DNA of 64,000 bases from Felis catus (GCF_018350175.1 NC_058368.1:114764001-114828000); one strand, 5' to 3'; counted from the first letter of the stretch, positions 37,831 through 50,564 are shown. Made by a program: numbers and translations. Notes: generated by a model from the letters alone, not told the origin.

Positions 37831-38884
37831 CCACAGTGTCAATGGGGCATTTGACAAATACTTGCTTGTGGTCAAAACAAACCATTGCCACATGTCACAA
37901 GCCAGGACCTGAGGACTGCAGTGGGCTCATCCTCCACCCAGACCCTGAAAGTTACCCCATTACATGGGCTGTGGATACTCCTGTGCCTTTACTTTGAGCT
38001 AATTGTTCATTTTCAAGACCTGCAAGCTATTTATTTTTGCTTTCAGTGCATTTGCATGTGATTTACATCACATTAATATTCACATTCATACAAGGAATGC
38101 TTCCTCTGCCCCAGCTTAGCTGAATTCTTGGGACTTAGGTAACAAGTGAGATTCAACTCTCTCTCTTCCCAGGATGTAGAGGGAAAGATACATTCAATTT
38201 AGGGGTGGATGGGAGAGAGGGATGATGATATTTGTCTTGGAGTCAGTTTCTAAAGTCTCTGGTCCTACTCACATTGTCTTCCTCCACATATCCCCATCCC
38301 CTGCTAATCTCATCCCTTCCCAATTTCCCAGCAAGTCTGATGTTAAAAATGCATATGTTCAAAGACACACATGCTGGTCCACATGCTGGGCTGACTTTGG
38401 CTCGATTTTGTGGCCCCTGAAGTCAAGAGGCACATGGCATTGAGATACCTGGAGATAAAAACACACAGGAGTTCTTCCTCAGGTCACTCGCAGAGAGAAT
38501 CAGCCCCCCTAGAGTACCCTAGCACTGTTTGGAAGCCCAGTTTATTCCCTCCACTGGCAGAAGCAGATGGCAAGTGGGAGTGTGTGTGAGTATGTGCGTG
38601 TATGTGCGCACACATGCACGTAAGCTGTACACACATGTGTGAGACAGTGAATACTCATATTCACATTAGTACATCTACTAAGACAAACAGAGGAAGTAGA
38701 GGTGAGGATGTGGGAAGAAAACTCTCAGTCTAAGAAAACCACATTCTAAATGTATTTAATGTGAGGTTCTAAATGTGTTAAAGGTGAAATCTGCTTCCCC
38801 AGCCCTATCCTGTGATAGAGAGGCAAAGAGAAGCTAGAAAGTCAGGAAAAAGTCTCAGGGCAGGGATGGGGGTGCAGCTGCCAG

Positions 38885-38965
38885 TGTCACCACCAGCTCC
38901 AACAATGACGTCACTCTCCCAGATCCCTCCTCTGATGTGGTGAGTCACCCAGAGCCCAATCAATA
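38885..38965. promoter_or_regulatory. Candidate enhancer: CRE + AP-1 + CCAAT
   Basis: tgacgtca 38906-38913, tgagtca 38941-38947, ccaat 38956-38960, aacaat 38901-38906. Confidence 0.4.
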
Positions 38966-39232
38966 CTGCATTCCATTTGTCTATGCCATCTTTATGCTCT
39001 TGCGAGTCAATTCATGCTTTCCTCTTCCACACAGGCCAGTCCCTGTCCCCTGTGTGCCCAGAGGACCCTGAGCTACCCCAGCCCTGGGGCTTATTTCTCC
39101 TTTAAGCCTCTGTCAGAGAAGGCAGGAAACCCTGCTTGTGGGTGAGGCAATCTGAGGAGGAGAGGGAACAAGAGAAACAGAGAGACTCATAGTGTATGGA
39201 GGGAGTCTGGGAACAGAAGTTGAAAACTTGCA

Positions 39233-39420
39233 GGGTGCCTGGGTGGCTCATTAGGTTGAGCGTCTGTTGGTTTCGGCTCAAGTTATGATCTCACAGTTCG
39301 TGGGTTCAAGCCTCGTGTCGGGCTCTGTGCTGATAGTGCGAAGCTGTTTGGGATTCTTTCTCTCTCTGCCCCTCCCCTACTCATGTGCTCTTTCTCAAAA
39401 TAAATAAATAAACTTTAAAA
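39233..39420 (+). mobile_element. Can-SINE
   Basis: TSD aagttgaaaact(t/c)gca. Confidence 0.94.
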
Positions 39421-40239
39421 AGTTGAAAACTCGCAAAGCCAGCCTCTGGATAAGGAGAGGAGAAAGAAGAAGGGGCAGAGAAAAGAGAATGGAAAAGAGA
39501 GAGTCAAAAGAGAAAAAAGAAACAGGACACTGGGATTGGGGAAGATAGATGGGGTGAGGTGAAGTTGCCAACTATGGACTTTCCCTTCTCAGGATTTTAG
39601 GATTGTGACCCATTTCTCTGGCCTTTCAATCTTAATTGGGTTCCAGACCTAGTGGTGTATGGGAAATCCCAGCACTCCAAACCACCTCCCCCAGGAGAGG
39701 AACCCCAATGTCTATCATATCACCTACCTATCCAGTAAGGTCTCAGCTTGGTCCTACCCTCCATGTCAGAGATGGGGGCTGGGAAGCACTAGAAACCAGG
39801 GGTATGAGGGAACAGTGAGTGGCACAAAGGGGAAGAGGCGCTGGAGCAGCTCTGGTTTCTCTCTTGGGACCTCAGTTTTTTCCCAAGGCCTTGGCACCTG
39901 ACCAACCATTGTTACTTTTAGCCTTACCCTTGTACTCAGCGGTGGCCTGAGCGTCATCCTTTGCCACTGACGGGAATCAGAACAGGGGCCCCTTTATCTG
40001 ACAGTGAGAAGGACTGGGTTGCCCAGTTTCTGTAACTCTAAGTTCCCAAGATGCAGTTTGTTCTTGGTGTAAAGTGAGCTGCTACAAGGAAACAGAAGCC
40101 TGTGTGTGAGTCAACAAGATGGCACCAGAGGGTAAGGAGACCCTCAACTTGTTGTGGCCAAGTGTCTCTACAAACAAGAAAAGCTGTCTCCAATCCCCAT
40201 TTATAATTCTCCATCAGCTACAACAATAACACAGATACC

Positions 40240-40480
40240 AGTAATGATAATAATAACAACAACCATTTACTGAGTGCCTAATTTATGCCAAAGGCCTTGG
40301 TAAGTGTCTTATGTACATTATTTCATTAAATCTGGCAACACCACTCTGAGATAATCACCAATGTGGAAAGCAAAGGAGGACACTTAGGATTCCAGAGGTT
40401 GCCTAAGTGTTCACAGCTTAAGGTAGAGCTGAAATTTGATCCTAGATCTGATTTTTCCTGACTCAGCTGTACAGCCTCCT
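40240..40480 (-). mobile_element. MIR
   Basis: accatttactgagtgcctaatttatgcca...agagctgaaatttgatcctagatctga. Confidence 0.7.
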
Positions 40481-41404
40481 TTTTGGTTTTGACTTGCAAT
40501 CCAAAGCCTTTATCTCCAGAAAGCACTCATTCTCTCCTCCCTCCCTTGGCTCTCCTTCCTGCACCAGCCTCAGAAAGCCCCTGGTTTGCCCGGGCTGTCC
40601 CTCCTGCTCCTTCAGGTTAGGTTTGGAGTTCCCTCTGTGGCCCTTGGGGTTGAGGTGGTGACAAGAGCGCAGACCTGCCCTCGGCTTGCACTCTGCAGGC
40701 AGGAGGAGAGGCGGGTGAGAGTGGCTGTCATTTCAAACCAGGAACAAAAACGTGAGGTTATTGGAGAGTTTAGGGTCATGTGGTGTTTTGGGTTGCTGGT
40801 TCTCTTGAGTCCCACAAAAAAGAACAGAAGAACGTGGAAAATTACCAGGTCCTTGAGGGAGGTGGGGATGGGGGCAAAGGTGAAATGGAAAACTCTTTTC
40901 TCCACCAGAGCATGTGCCTCTAGAAGGCTGGTGCTGCTGTTTGCAGATGGGGCAGTCACAACCTCTAATGCTGTGTGAGAGGCAGCCCGCCTGCATTCCT
41001 GAGTCTGGTGTCCTCTAGTGAAAGGAACCTGTTCCAGACCTTGGAAAGCCCCAGGCGCCTCCCCATATGCTCAGTAAAAACTGAGCTGCTATAGCTTTGA
41101 GGTGGTCCTGGAGCCACCTCCAACCACACTGCCTTCTCCAGGCCTGTCTCAGAGGGGATGTTCTGGACACCGTGTAGACCAAATATTCCTATGCGAGTCT
41201 GTGAGCAAATCAAGGAGAGATCTGAGGAGAGAAAAGAAGAACAGGGCAAAGACAGCCGGTGGTGTTGTCACACAGGGAGAAGCAGTCACCACCTGAGGAC
41301 AGAGAGACAATGGAGCAAAGTAACAGAGAACACCCATCTTTCTTTCCCCCTGGATTCTGGGCACATGGATTGCAAGTGACTCTAGGCATGATTTAGGGCA
41401 ACCC

Positions 41405-41621
41405 TTTTTTTTTTTTTTCAACGTTTATTTATTTTTGGGACAGAGAGAGACAGAGCATGAACGGGGTAGGGGCAGAGAGAGAGGGAGACACAGAATCGGA
41501 AACAGGCTCCAGGCTCTGAGCCATCAGCCCAGGGCCTGACGCGGGGCTCGAACACAAGGACCGCGAGATCGTGACCTGGCTGAAGTTGGACGCTTAACCG
41601 ACTGCGCCACCCAGGCGCCCC
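41405..41621 (-). mobile_element. Young felid Can-SINE (SINEC_Fc-like)
   Basis: gaatcggaaacagg...gaccgcgagatcgtgacctggctgaag...gactgcgccacccaggcgcccc; TSD agggcaaccc. Confidence 0.96.
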
Positions 41622-41639
41622 AAGGGCAACCCCATTTTA

Positions 41640-41892
41640 AAACAATTTTTTTAAATTGTTTTAAATTGTTTTTAATTGTTTATTTTTGAGAGAGAGAGAG
41701 AGAAAGAGACAGAGTGAGTGTGAGCAGGGGAGGGCAGAGAGAGAGAGAAAGACACAGAATCCAAAGCAGGCTCCAGTCTCCAAGCTCTGAGCTGTCTCAC
41801 CAAGCCCTACACAGGGCTCCAACCCACAAACTACGAGATCATGACCTGACCTGAAGTTAGACGCTTAAACGACTAAGCCACCTAGGTGCCCC
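41640..41892 (-). mobile_element. Can-SINE (older)
   Basis: Reverse SINE followed by a third agggcaac. Confidence 0.94.
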
Positions 41893-41920
41893 AGGGCAAC
41901 GCTCCCCCCCCCCCCCCCGA

Positions 41921-42042
41921 CTTTTTAAATCTAACATCCAAGTTAGCATATAGTGCAATAATGATTTCAGGAGTAGAATCCAGCGATTCTTCCCCTATAT
42001 ATAACACCCAGTGCTCATCCCAAGTGTCTTCCTTAATGCCCC
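41921..42042 (-). mobile_element. Carnivore L1 3' end fragment
   Basis: gttagcatatagtgcaataatgatttcaggagtagaa...aacacccagtgctcatcccaagtgtcttccttaatgccc; homologous to the L1 end at about 63000. Confidence 0.85.
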
Positions 42043-43559
42043 TTTTTTAAATATAAGGAATTTGAACTTCCAAACGGTTCAGGAGCTGCCCTGGATCACA
42101 CCACTCCTGAGTGGATCTCTCATTCAGTGTTCTGGCGGCAGTGGGAAGAGGCAGCCCTGTCCCAGCTGTCTTCTCAGAGGCAAGGAGACCCGAAGGGGAA
42201 GGGATCCAACTTTGACCACCCTCACCCTGCGTGCCCTCCCCAAGGACTGCAGGGGCTTTGTCTCCTCTGTAAAACACACTGGGCCCTCAGTTAAATCATT
42301 AATAAAAACAAGGACAAGAACACCTGCTTTTCTTCCTTGCAGGGCTGTTGTGAGGATCAGCTGGAAATAATGCATGGCCAAGAGCTTCACAAGCGCAGGG
42401 TGTTATTAAGTTTGTGATTAGGCCAGGTCATTGAGGGCTACAGGAATAATGGGAGAATTAATGCCGGAGCTGTGGGAAGGAAGGAGGCTACAGTCTGCCC
42501 TGTCCTCTTCTCTCGGTCACCTGCCCTGAGAGAAAGCAGTCGGTGTTTCCAAATTGACTTAAATAAGAAATGTGCGGTGGTGGCAGCCATCCCTCACTCA
42601 GCCTTTACTTGCCCAAGGCAGAGAGATTTTAATTTTTGAGCCATAATGAGAAAAAGAAATTCAGAATTCAAGAATATTTCAGTGAAGCAGTCAAAATAGC
42701 TGTCCAGACTCTGAATGGAGGGGAGAAATGTAAATTAAAATTTCTCTTTCCCTCCCTAGCACTAAGTGGGCTTGAAGAAACAGGGCTGGGCTAGGACGAA
42801 GCTGGTCCTGATTCCCATGACCCTGCCCTGAGGTCAGATGGGTAGGCAGGCCCTGCCTCCACTCTGGGGCACTGACAGGACAAAAAGGAACAGAGACCTT
42901 CCACCTACTCCCAGGAGAGATTTACCTCCATCAAGTTTGTGGTCCTCTGGGCCATAACCCTGCTGAAAGAGGTGAGGCCCTGAATGTTGAGCTGGTGGGG
43001 TGGGTGTTGGGGGGTGGTAGGGGATGACTCCACAGCTCCCAAGTCTAGCCCTCTGAGGTACAGAGATGCTATGGCCTACTTTTGTTTCCTCTTCTCCCAG
43101 GTGCTGGCTCACTCACATACCACAAACCTCTCTGTGTCCCCAACAACTCAGGCCAGGCATCCTGGGGATGGCGATGGGCTGCCTGGGAAGTGGGGAGCAC
43201 GTGAGCCACAGTTCACATTCTTGTGAGCTTCAATCTGTTCTCAGGGGAACATCCTTTCAAATACAGTTGGAAATGGGGATGGTAGGAATGACGAGGGCCC
43301 CAGGAAAGGTGTGTGAATCTCAGGGCCAAAACACATCTGGCCTCATCTGCCCTGGACTTTCTCCTTTCTCCCTCTCCTTTTCTCATCTACTTATCTGAGA
43401 GACATTGACTAGGAGGCTTGCTTTGTGCCAGGATCAGGGTTCAAAGGATACATAAAGAAACCACATCTACTTCTGTTGTCAGGTGAACAGGATTGTGATC
43501 CAGTATAAAGCATGCCTGGCTGTCAAGTATGGAGTTGCTCCAAAACTTGGGAGCAGACT

Positions 43560-43770
43560 TACCTTGTTCAAAAACTGCCTCCATCTCTCACTCCTTACAG
43601 TGTGACTTGAGCCAAATAGTCCTATCCTGGTAAACTTCAATTTATTCATCTGTGAAATGGTGATAACACCACATAGAGTTGTTGTGAAGATTAAATGAGA
43701 TAATCCTGGTAAATTGCTTGGAACAGTGCCTGGCACATGGCAAACCTTTACCAAAGGCCACTTAGTATTA
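43560..43770 (+). mobile_element. MIR
   Basis: tcatctgtgaaatggtgataacaccacatagagttgttgtgaagattaaatgagataat...aacagtgcctggcacat. Confidence 0.85.
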
Positions 43771-43976
43771 TTTTAAGTATCCTAGTGATAATGCTGACAT
43801 TTATTACCCTTTGTTGGGTGCTTACTGTGAGTCAGCCATGGTGCTATGAATACAGCAATGACTTAACTGTGGCCCTTGTCCTTAAGAGGTCCACAGTCTA
43901 TTAGAGGTGACAGATGTGTAAACAGACCCCTGAAAAAGTGTGATCACTGCCATCATCACTCAAGAGGTGTCATTTT

Positions 43977-44185
43977 CTTTCTTTTTTTTTTCTGTTTCTT
44001 TTTGAGAAAGAAACAGAGCGAATGGGGAAAGGAAAGAGAAAGAGAGAGAGAGAATCCCAAGCCAGCTCTACACTGTCAGTACAGACCCTGATGCAGGGCT
44101 TGAACCCAGGAACTGTGAGATCATGACCTGAGCCAAAACCAAGAATCAGATAGATGCTTAACCAACTGAACCACCCAGGCACCCC
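43977..44185 (-). mobile_element. Can-SINE
   Basis: TSD aagaggtg(t/g)catttt. Confidence 0.94.
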
Positions 44186-44678
44186 AAGAGGTGGCATTTT
44201 CTGAGCCATGACCATGTGGTAAGCACAATACTAGGTTTTAAAGATACATTATCTCTAATTCCTCCCTAATCATGTAAGGGCAATATTACTCCCATTTTAT
44301 AGAGGTTATGTAATAATTAGTAACTTACTCATGATCAGGCTGTTTGCAGAGCGAAGCACTGAGTTGAAGGACAGTGTTCCGATCTGCCTCAAAAGGCTTC
44401 AGGGAAGCTTCTGGAAAGAGATACTCTTCAATCAGGATTTTGAAGAATGGGTAGGGGTTTTCTAGGAGCCCAGATGGGGAAGGCATTAAATGCCACAGCA
44501 CCTCTGTGAGTCTGCTGCAGGATTGGAACTGCAAGCAGGAGTTCCCTAGGCCCCAGGGGTCTTTATGCCCCACACCGGGGAATGCTAAACAGGACCGTGG
44601 TTCCCTGCACCCACCTGGGTCACCATCACCTTCTGTACCCTAAGACCATATTAGATCCTACATGAAGGGTGATTATTT

Positions 44679-44744
44679 ATTTTTTTTAGGCTTATTTACT
44701 TATTTTGAGAGAGAAAACATGCGAACAAGCGGGGGGGGGGGGAG

Positions 44745-44781
<37 letters not shown>

Positions 44782-44872
44782 CCCAAGCAGGCTTTGCACT
44801 GTCAGCACAGAGCCTAACGCGCAGCTTGAACAAGAGTCAGACACTCAACCGGCTGAGCCACCCAGGTGCCCC
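44679..44872 (-). mobile_element. Can-SINE with internal deletion
   Basis: TSD aagggtgattattt. Confidence 0.93.
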
Positions 44873-47412
44873 AAGGGTGATTATTTTAGAGAGAATACAG
44901 TCAGCAGGCCTATAATCTCAAAGGATTTCCACTGAGGCCCAGAACTGAAATAATTATATGGAGGTGGAGTCCCTCACCCCATGTCTGTTGACCTAGCCAA
45001 GGGCACATCAAGTGAGGGGTGTGGGTTGGGATCTCCAGGGAGGCTGAGAAGCACTGACTGGACTGGAGTCAGGGAGATAGCCTCAATGACCTTGAGAAGA
45101 CCCTACCAGATTTGGGGCAGATAAACGAAACCTCTTCTTTCATTACAGTCATTTCCCATGCACTCTTTCTCTCTGCCTGTTCACTCCTCTCACACCCAAC
45201 AGCAGCTGCAGAGGAGGCAGCCATCTTGGTGCAGTCACAGGTCTGGCGGACTGAGTCAGGATGTGGCATTAGGATCCATCTGGCTGATTCCACACCCGGG
45301 GAAATCTGGACTCATCATCATTAACATTCTGTTTCTCTACGCAGATCAAGGAGAAGCAGGCATCCTGCACTAAGGACAGTGGCAAGGGGGAGACTCCTGG
45401 AGGAAAGCAGCCCTCAGAGCCCAGATCCCAAGTGTCAGGGCCACCCACACTCAGCACAGGGAGGGACTTCCAGAGAGGTGGGAGTTTTGAGGCAGATGGT
45501 GGGGAAAACCGTAGGACTGCAAGGTGGTGAGGCTTTGGTGTATGTGACACACAGGATTTCAGGTGTTCTTCAAACTCCTGCTTGAATAATGTGACTTTGG
45601 AGGAAGGAGGATGGACAAGGTACAGCCTTGAGCCCCACCAGCATTCCATCCTCTCCTTGAAGCAGCCCCCACCAACCTCACAGGCCTCGTTCAACCCTCA
45701 CATCAAGAAGCAGCCCTGGGCGAGAATGGCCCCCACAAGAAGCAAGAAGCATGTGCACATTCCAATAGAACACTCAAAGAGGCAATTATTTCTGGGCTGC
45801 CTATCCCAGCCCACAGTATCAGCAGCCAGGTTTCCAGAGCTGCTGTCATTGCCTCTGGCTGTTGGCAAAATTAAACTTATTGAGAAAAGAGACTGAGCTG
45901 GCCGGCAGCTCAAAGGGGTTGGAATCATTTGCTTGCCTGAGGCTGTCGGTGTGGGACTAGAGGCGTAGGGAGTGGGGGTGGGGACATGGAGGAAATTATG
46001 GAGCAGGCCAAGTAGCATGGTAGACCCCCACCAGGTAGCACTCATCTGTACCATGTATACATTGAAGTGTGCACGGAACATGTGTCAAGGCTGCATGTCA
46101 TCGGCTGAGATGTGCCCTCGGTATGGGCAGAGGCCCTGGTGCTCTTGATTGCCTCTGCAGCCCCAGTGCCTGGCACATAGTAGATGCTCAATAAATAGAT
46201 ACTGAGTCCTGAATGAATGTGCACACTTAGACACCAGGCTGGAGTCTTGTCATAAACACTGTGAGAATCTTCCCAGCCTTTCATCCAACACAGGTCACAT
46301 GGAGGTACCTTGAGGAATGCATCAGTGCCCTGCCTCCTTACTCTTTTCATGGAATGCTACTGCAGGAAACTTAGTAAGTTCCCAAAAAAGTGACACGAAG
46401 GAGGGGGCAGTGGCCTGGTTGGACACCTTCCATAGAAGAGGTGACTTCTGGGCCCTGAGACCACCAAAGTTCCCTCTTCCGTTTGCATCTGGAACATTTG
46501 CCACCCAGACCAGCTTCCACCTGTCCCTTCTGATGTGAGCAGCTCATCCCTCCTGTCTTAAGCCTCCCTCTCCAGCCTTACTTGTGTCCGTTTTAACTAT
46601 GGGATACATCTTGTGCCCCACTTCAAATTCACTCACTCTCACCTCTTACTCTGGCCACTGGTGTGCCAAACAGCTCTACGCTGGCTTCATCAGTTCATGG
46701 GGTGTGATCTGACAGCACCTCACCCTCAGACCCCTGACCTTGTCCTCTGGCTGCCCCAGGACTTCTTTGTGGCCAGCCAACTTCTTAGGGCAACTCTTGA
46801 CAGAGCAGGTGGGAACCCCTGAAGAAATATTTCCCTTTTACTTGCCCCAGGTGATGGTTCAAGATCCTTCATAAATCTTCGCAGAATGTACCTGGTTGCT
46901 TGAAGCTGTGACCAACTCAGTAATACTTTCAGACATTTTCTCCTGAGGTCTTCTTGGCTCTGTCCTCTGACCCTCACCCCTGCTTTCCGGATCAGAGCTT
47001 TTGTCCCCATGGTTGGCTTTCAGGGGAATTCTGACCTCATCACTTCCCTTTGCCTGCTGCCCTCTCTGCCCCAGCCACACTGGTTTCCTTTCTGTTCTTC
47101 GACTCTTTGCCACCTCAGAACTTTCAAACAAGCTTTTCCCACTACTTGGAGTGCTTTTTCTCTCTGCTTGACCCTTTGGCTGAGACCTGCAGTAGGCAGC
47201 CATGAGAAGGAAGATCCAGAAAAAGAATGTACCAGGCCAAGAGAATAGGAGTCCCAAGGCAAGAATGAAGTTGGCATGTTCAGGGTATGGCAAGGTTTTT
47301 GTGGCTAGAGGAGAGTTAGAGGGAAGAGGGTCAAAATGTCCCAAATGCGTTTTGGACAGGACAGGTTCCAGACCAAGGGTGGTTTTGTGGACCATAGTAG
47401 AGAGTACACATT

Positions 47413-47493
<81 letters not shown>

Positions 47494-47671
47494 GTTTATT
47501 TTGAGAGAGAGAGAATGAGCAGGGGAGGGGCAGAGAGAGAGGGAGAGAGAGAATCCCAAGCAGGCTCACTCTGTCAGCACAAGCCTGACATGGGTCCTGA
47601 ACCCATGAACCATGAGATTATAACCCGAACCAAAACCGAGTCAGACACTCAACCAAGACACCCAGACGTCC
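47413..47671 (-). mobile_element. Can-SINE with (TTTA)n(TTTTG)n tail microsatellite
   Basis: Reverse SINE; flanks gagagtacacatttt/gagagtgtgcattat. Confidence 0.93.
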
Positions 47672-47687
47672 TGAGAGTGTGCATTAT

Positions 47688-47902
47688 AAAAAAATTTTTT
47701 TAACGTTTATTTATTATTGAGAGACAGAAACAAAGCATGAGCATGGGAGGGGCCGAGAGACAGGGAGACACAGAATCCAAAGCAGGCTCCAGGCTCTGAG
47801 CTGTCAGCACAGAGCCAAACGCGGGGCTCAAACTCACAAACCGAGAGATCATGACCTGAGCTAAAGTCAGATGCTTAACTGACTGAGCCACCCAGGTGCC
47901 CC
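47688..47902 (-). mobile_element. Can-SINE
   Basis: TSD gagagtgtgcatt. Confidence 0.95.
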
Positions 47903-49176
47903 GAGAGTGTGCATTTTAAATGCATCAGGAGGCAAGCTCCGTGAGAACAGGGATTATGTTTTTTGATTCACTGCTGGGCCCCAGTATGAGGTAGGCATTC
48001 AACACATGTATGTGAAATGAATGCATACAATCTTTGCCTATATCCATGTCCTAACCACTCCTTGCCCCACACAGGTGACCGAGTAGTCCTCTCTTTTAAG
48101 ATGACAGCTCTGGGGAGGGAGAGGGTCAGGCTGGATTTGTTTTATCCTGAGAGAATCATCTGGAAGTTCTTGCTCTGGGCACTGATTCTCCTTTCCCTCC
48201 CTCCCCTCTCTCACCTTCCCCTCTCCCTCTCTTCTCTTTTCCTACACTCAGTCCTAATGCTATTGCTCACTTACCTGCTCACACTGGGCTCTGCTCCTGA
48301 CACCATTACTCACCTTCCTTGGTTCTTAGCTTCCTTAATGAGCAGCTATCTTATCTTCAGTCTTTGACAGGTCTCTTCCTGCCTGCCGCTTCCTGGGGAA
48401 ACTAAGGTCTGGGGTGGGAGGGTAAGGCTCAGAGAAGGGCCCCAGTCTTCCTCCCTGCTCCTCTCCATGGTCTGAGGTAGGTGAGAGAACAGAAAAAATG
48501 ATTATCTCTGGGCAAAGGGGGAGGCAAGTGGAAGACAGCTGAAGTTTAGGGGTAGATTGTAAAGGGAGGACCTGGCGTTCCTGCTGGAAAGAGTCCAAGG
48601 TAACAGGCTGAGATACCAGCAGGAGGAATGGAGGCAGGACTGAAGGGGATTGAACCTGTTCTGTCAGGTGACTGAGGCCAGAGAGCCTCTGCTTGGCTAA
48701 TGGCGTTTCCTGGCGTGGAAGACTCTGCCCTGTTACTGTTCTCCATGTGTGAAGGCAGGGAGATGACAGCATAACCTCTCAGAGGCTCTGCCAAATACCA
48801 GAGAACACTTGATTGAGATTCCTTGGTTACCATTGGTTGATCTGAGGCACCCTGGGTAGTCACCTCCACCAAGGGGCCAGGGTGACAGGGTTTCTATGCT
48901 GCTGTGCCACTGTAAGATACTGTACCTGACAGGGGCTCTTCAGAAAATAGATGGCACACTAGGATGGTACATTGGAGAGGGGGAAATGAAAGGATATTTC
49001 CTGAGTGGGGTTACAGGAAACAACAAAGGACCCAGAGGTACCCAGGGCCTAGCCACAGAAGAAAGGGTTTATAAGTTCTCAGCTAGAAAAGGAATGGATA
49101 GAGGAGGGAGTGGTATTGCCAGAACCTGGTGAGAGCTATATGTGGGAGAGCCATTGCCCCACAGGAGCTGTGGCCT

Positions 49177-49252
49177 TTTTTTTTTTTTTTTTTAAATATC
49201 ATGAGCCAAAACCAAGAGTCAGATACTTAACCAACTGAGCCACCCAGGTGCC
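49177..49252 (-). mobile_element. Mini Can-SINE: about 55-nt head joined to poly(A)
   Basis: Poly-T + aaatatcatgagccaaaaccaagagtcagatacttaaccaactgagccacccaggtgcc; TSD aggagctgtggcctt/aggaggtatggcctt. Confidence 0.85.
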
Positions 49253-49295
49253 TTGTAGGAGGTATGGCCTTCTGTAAAGGAATTCAGCTGCTGAC

Positions 49296-49537
49296 GGGGC
49301 ACCTGGGTGGCTCAGTCAGTTGAACATCCACTTTGGCTCACGTCATGATCTCACAGTTTGTGAGTTCGAGCCCCACATCATACTCTGTGCTGACAGCTCA
49401 GAGCCTGGAGCCTGCTTCAGATTCTGTGTCTCCCTCTCTCTGCCCCTTCCCCAGTCCGTCTCTGTCTCTCTGTCTCTCTCCACCCCCCTCTCTCAAAAGT
49501 AAATAAACATTAAAAAAAAAAAAAACAAACAAACAGA
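49296..49537 (+). mobile_element. Can-SINE
   Basis: TSD aattcagctgctg/aatacagctgctg. Confidence 0.95.
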
Positions 49538-50121
49538 AATACAGCTGCTGCCAACACCGAGGCCCAGCAGTGGGGCGGAGGGGAGGGAATAAATACCCCT
49601 ACCTCTCTCTCCTTTCATCAGCTTATCTCCTGCCAGGCCTCCCATTGACTAAACCCAACAAGGAGATGAGGGCAAGGAGCCAGGGAACAGAAGAGAAAAG
49701 AATGGTGAGTAAATAAAAAACCTTTAACTTCTCCTGATACTACCCACTCATAAGCTTGCTTGGTTGCTAAAAGGCTTCCAAGTCTCTGTACCACCTGTGC
49801 CCAGAACTCATTCCATCTCTTAGGCTGAGGTGGACCAAGACTGGGCCAGGCTCAGGAGAGGCTCCAGCCATGTGGAGGTGGAGTTCATTTGCCACGAATC
49901 TACCTCTATTCCAGCTGTTCAACATCAGGACTCCCAGATGGCCCCATTTTCTTCACGTCAGGCTTTAGGAACAGCCAGGCTGTGTAATTATACTTTGCTA
50001 AAAAACCACTGCCCCTATTAGACTTTGTTTCAACTAGATGAAGCAGAAGGTTGTTCCCTGCTTTCCCCTGCATGGGCACTGGCCCCTTATCCTCTAAAAT
50101 TACTTTTTTCTTAAAAGATTT

Positions 50122-50334
50122 TATTTTATTTTAAATGTTTATTTTTTTATTTAGAGAGTGAGAGAGAGTATGTGCACATGTGTGGGAGGTGGAGAGAGTG
50201 AATCCCAAGTGGGGATTCTCGATGTCTGTAAATGTAGATTTTGACACACGGCTTGACCCCACAAACCATGGGATCCTGACCTAAGCTAAAATCAAAAGTT
50301 GAACCCTTAACCAACTGAGCCACCCAGGTGCCCC
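50122..50334 (-). mobile_element. Can-SINE inserted in the tail of a short SINE
   Basis: TSD aagatttt/aagacttt. Confidence 0.9.
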
Positions 50335-50363
50335 ATAAGACTTTTTTTTTTTTAAGTAATCTA

Positions 50364-50563
50364 GGGGCGCCTGGGTGGCTCATTCAGTCAAGCATCTGAC
50401 TTTGGCTCAGGTCATGATCAACAGTTCGTGAGTTTGAGCCCCACATTGGCCTCTGTGCTGACAGCTCAGAGCCTGGAGCCTGCTTCAGATTCTTTGTGCC
50501 TCTCTCACTCTGCCCCTCACCTGTCTCTCTCTCTCAATAATAAACATTAAAAAATTTTTTGTT
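50364..50563 (+). mobile_element. Can-SINE inserted in the short SINE
   Basis: TSD aagtaatct. Confidence 0.95.
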
Positions 50564-50564
50564 A

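Larger units (their letters stand above)
48921..49710 (-). mobile_element. ERVL LTR33-like LTR, interrupted by SINEs
   Basis: tgtacctgacaggggctcttcagaaaatagatggcacact end; aataaatacccctacctctctctcc...cctcccattgactaaacccaac...gagggcaaggagcc. Confidence 0.7.

Noticed and set aside
38057..38072. Perfect bacterial CRP-site pattern TGTGA-N6-TCACA
   Set aside because: Mammalian context; coincidental match
38744..38787. Degenerate 23-bp tandem repeat ttctaaatgt...gtga
   Set aside because: Two diverged copies only; ordinary local duplication
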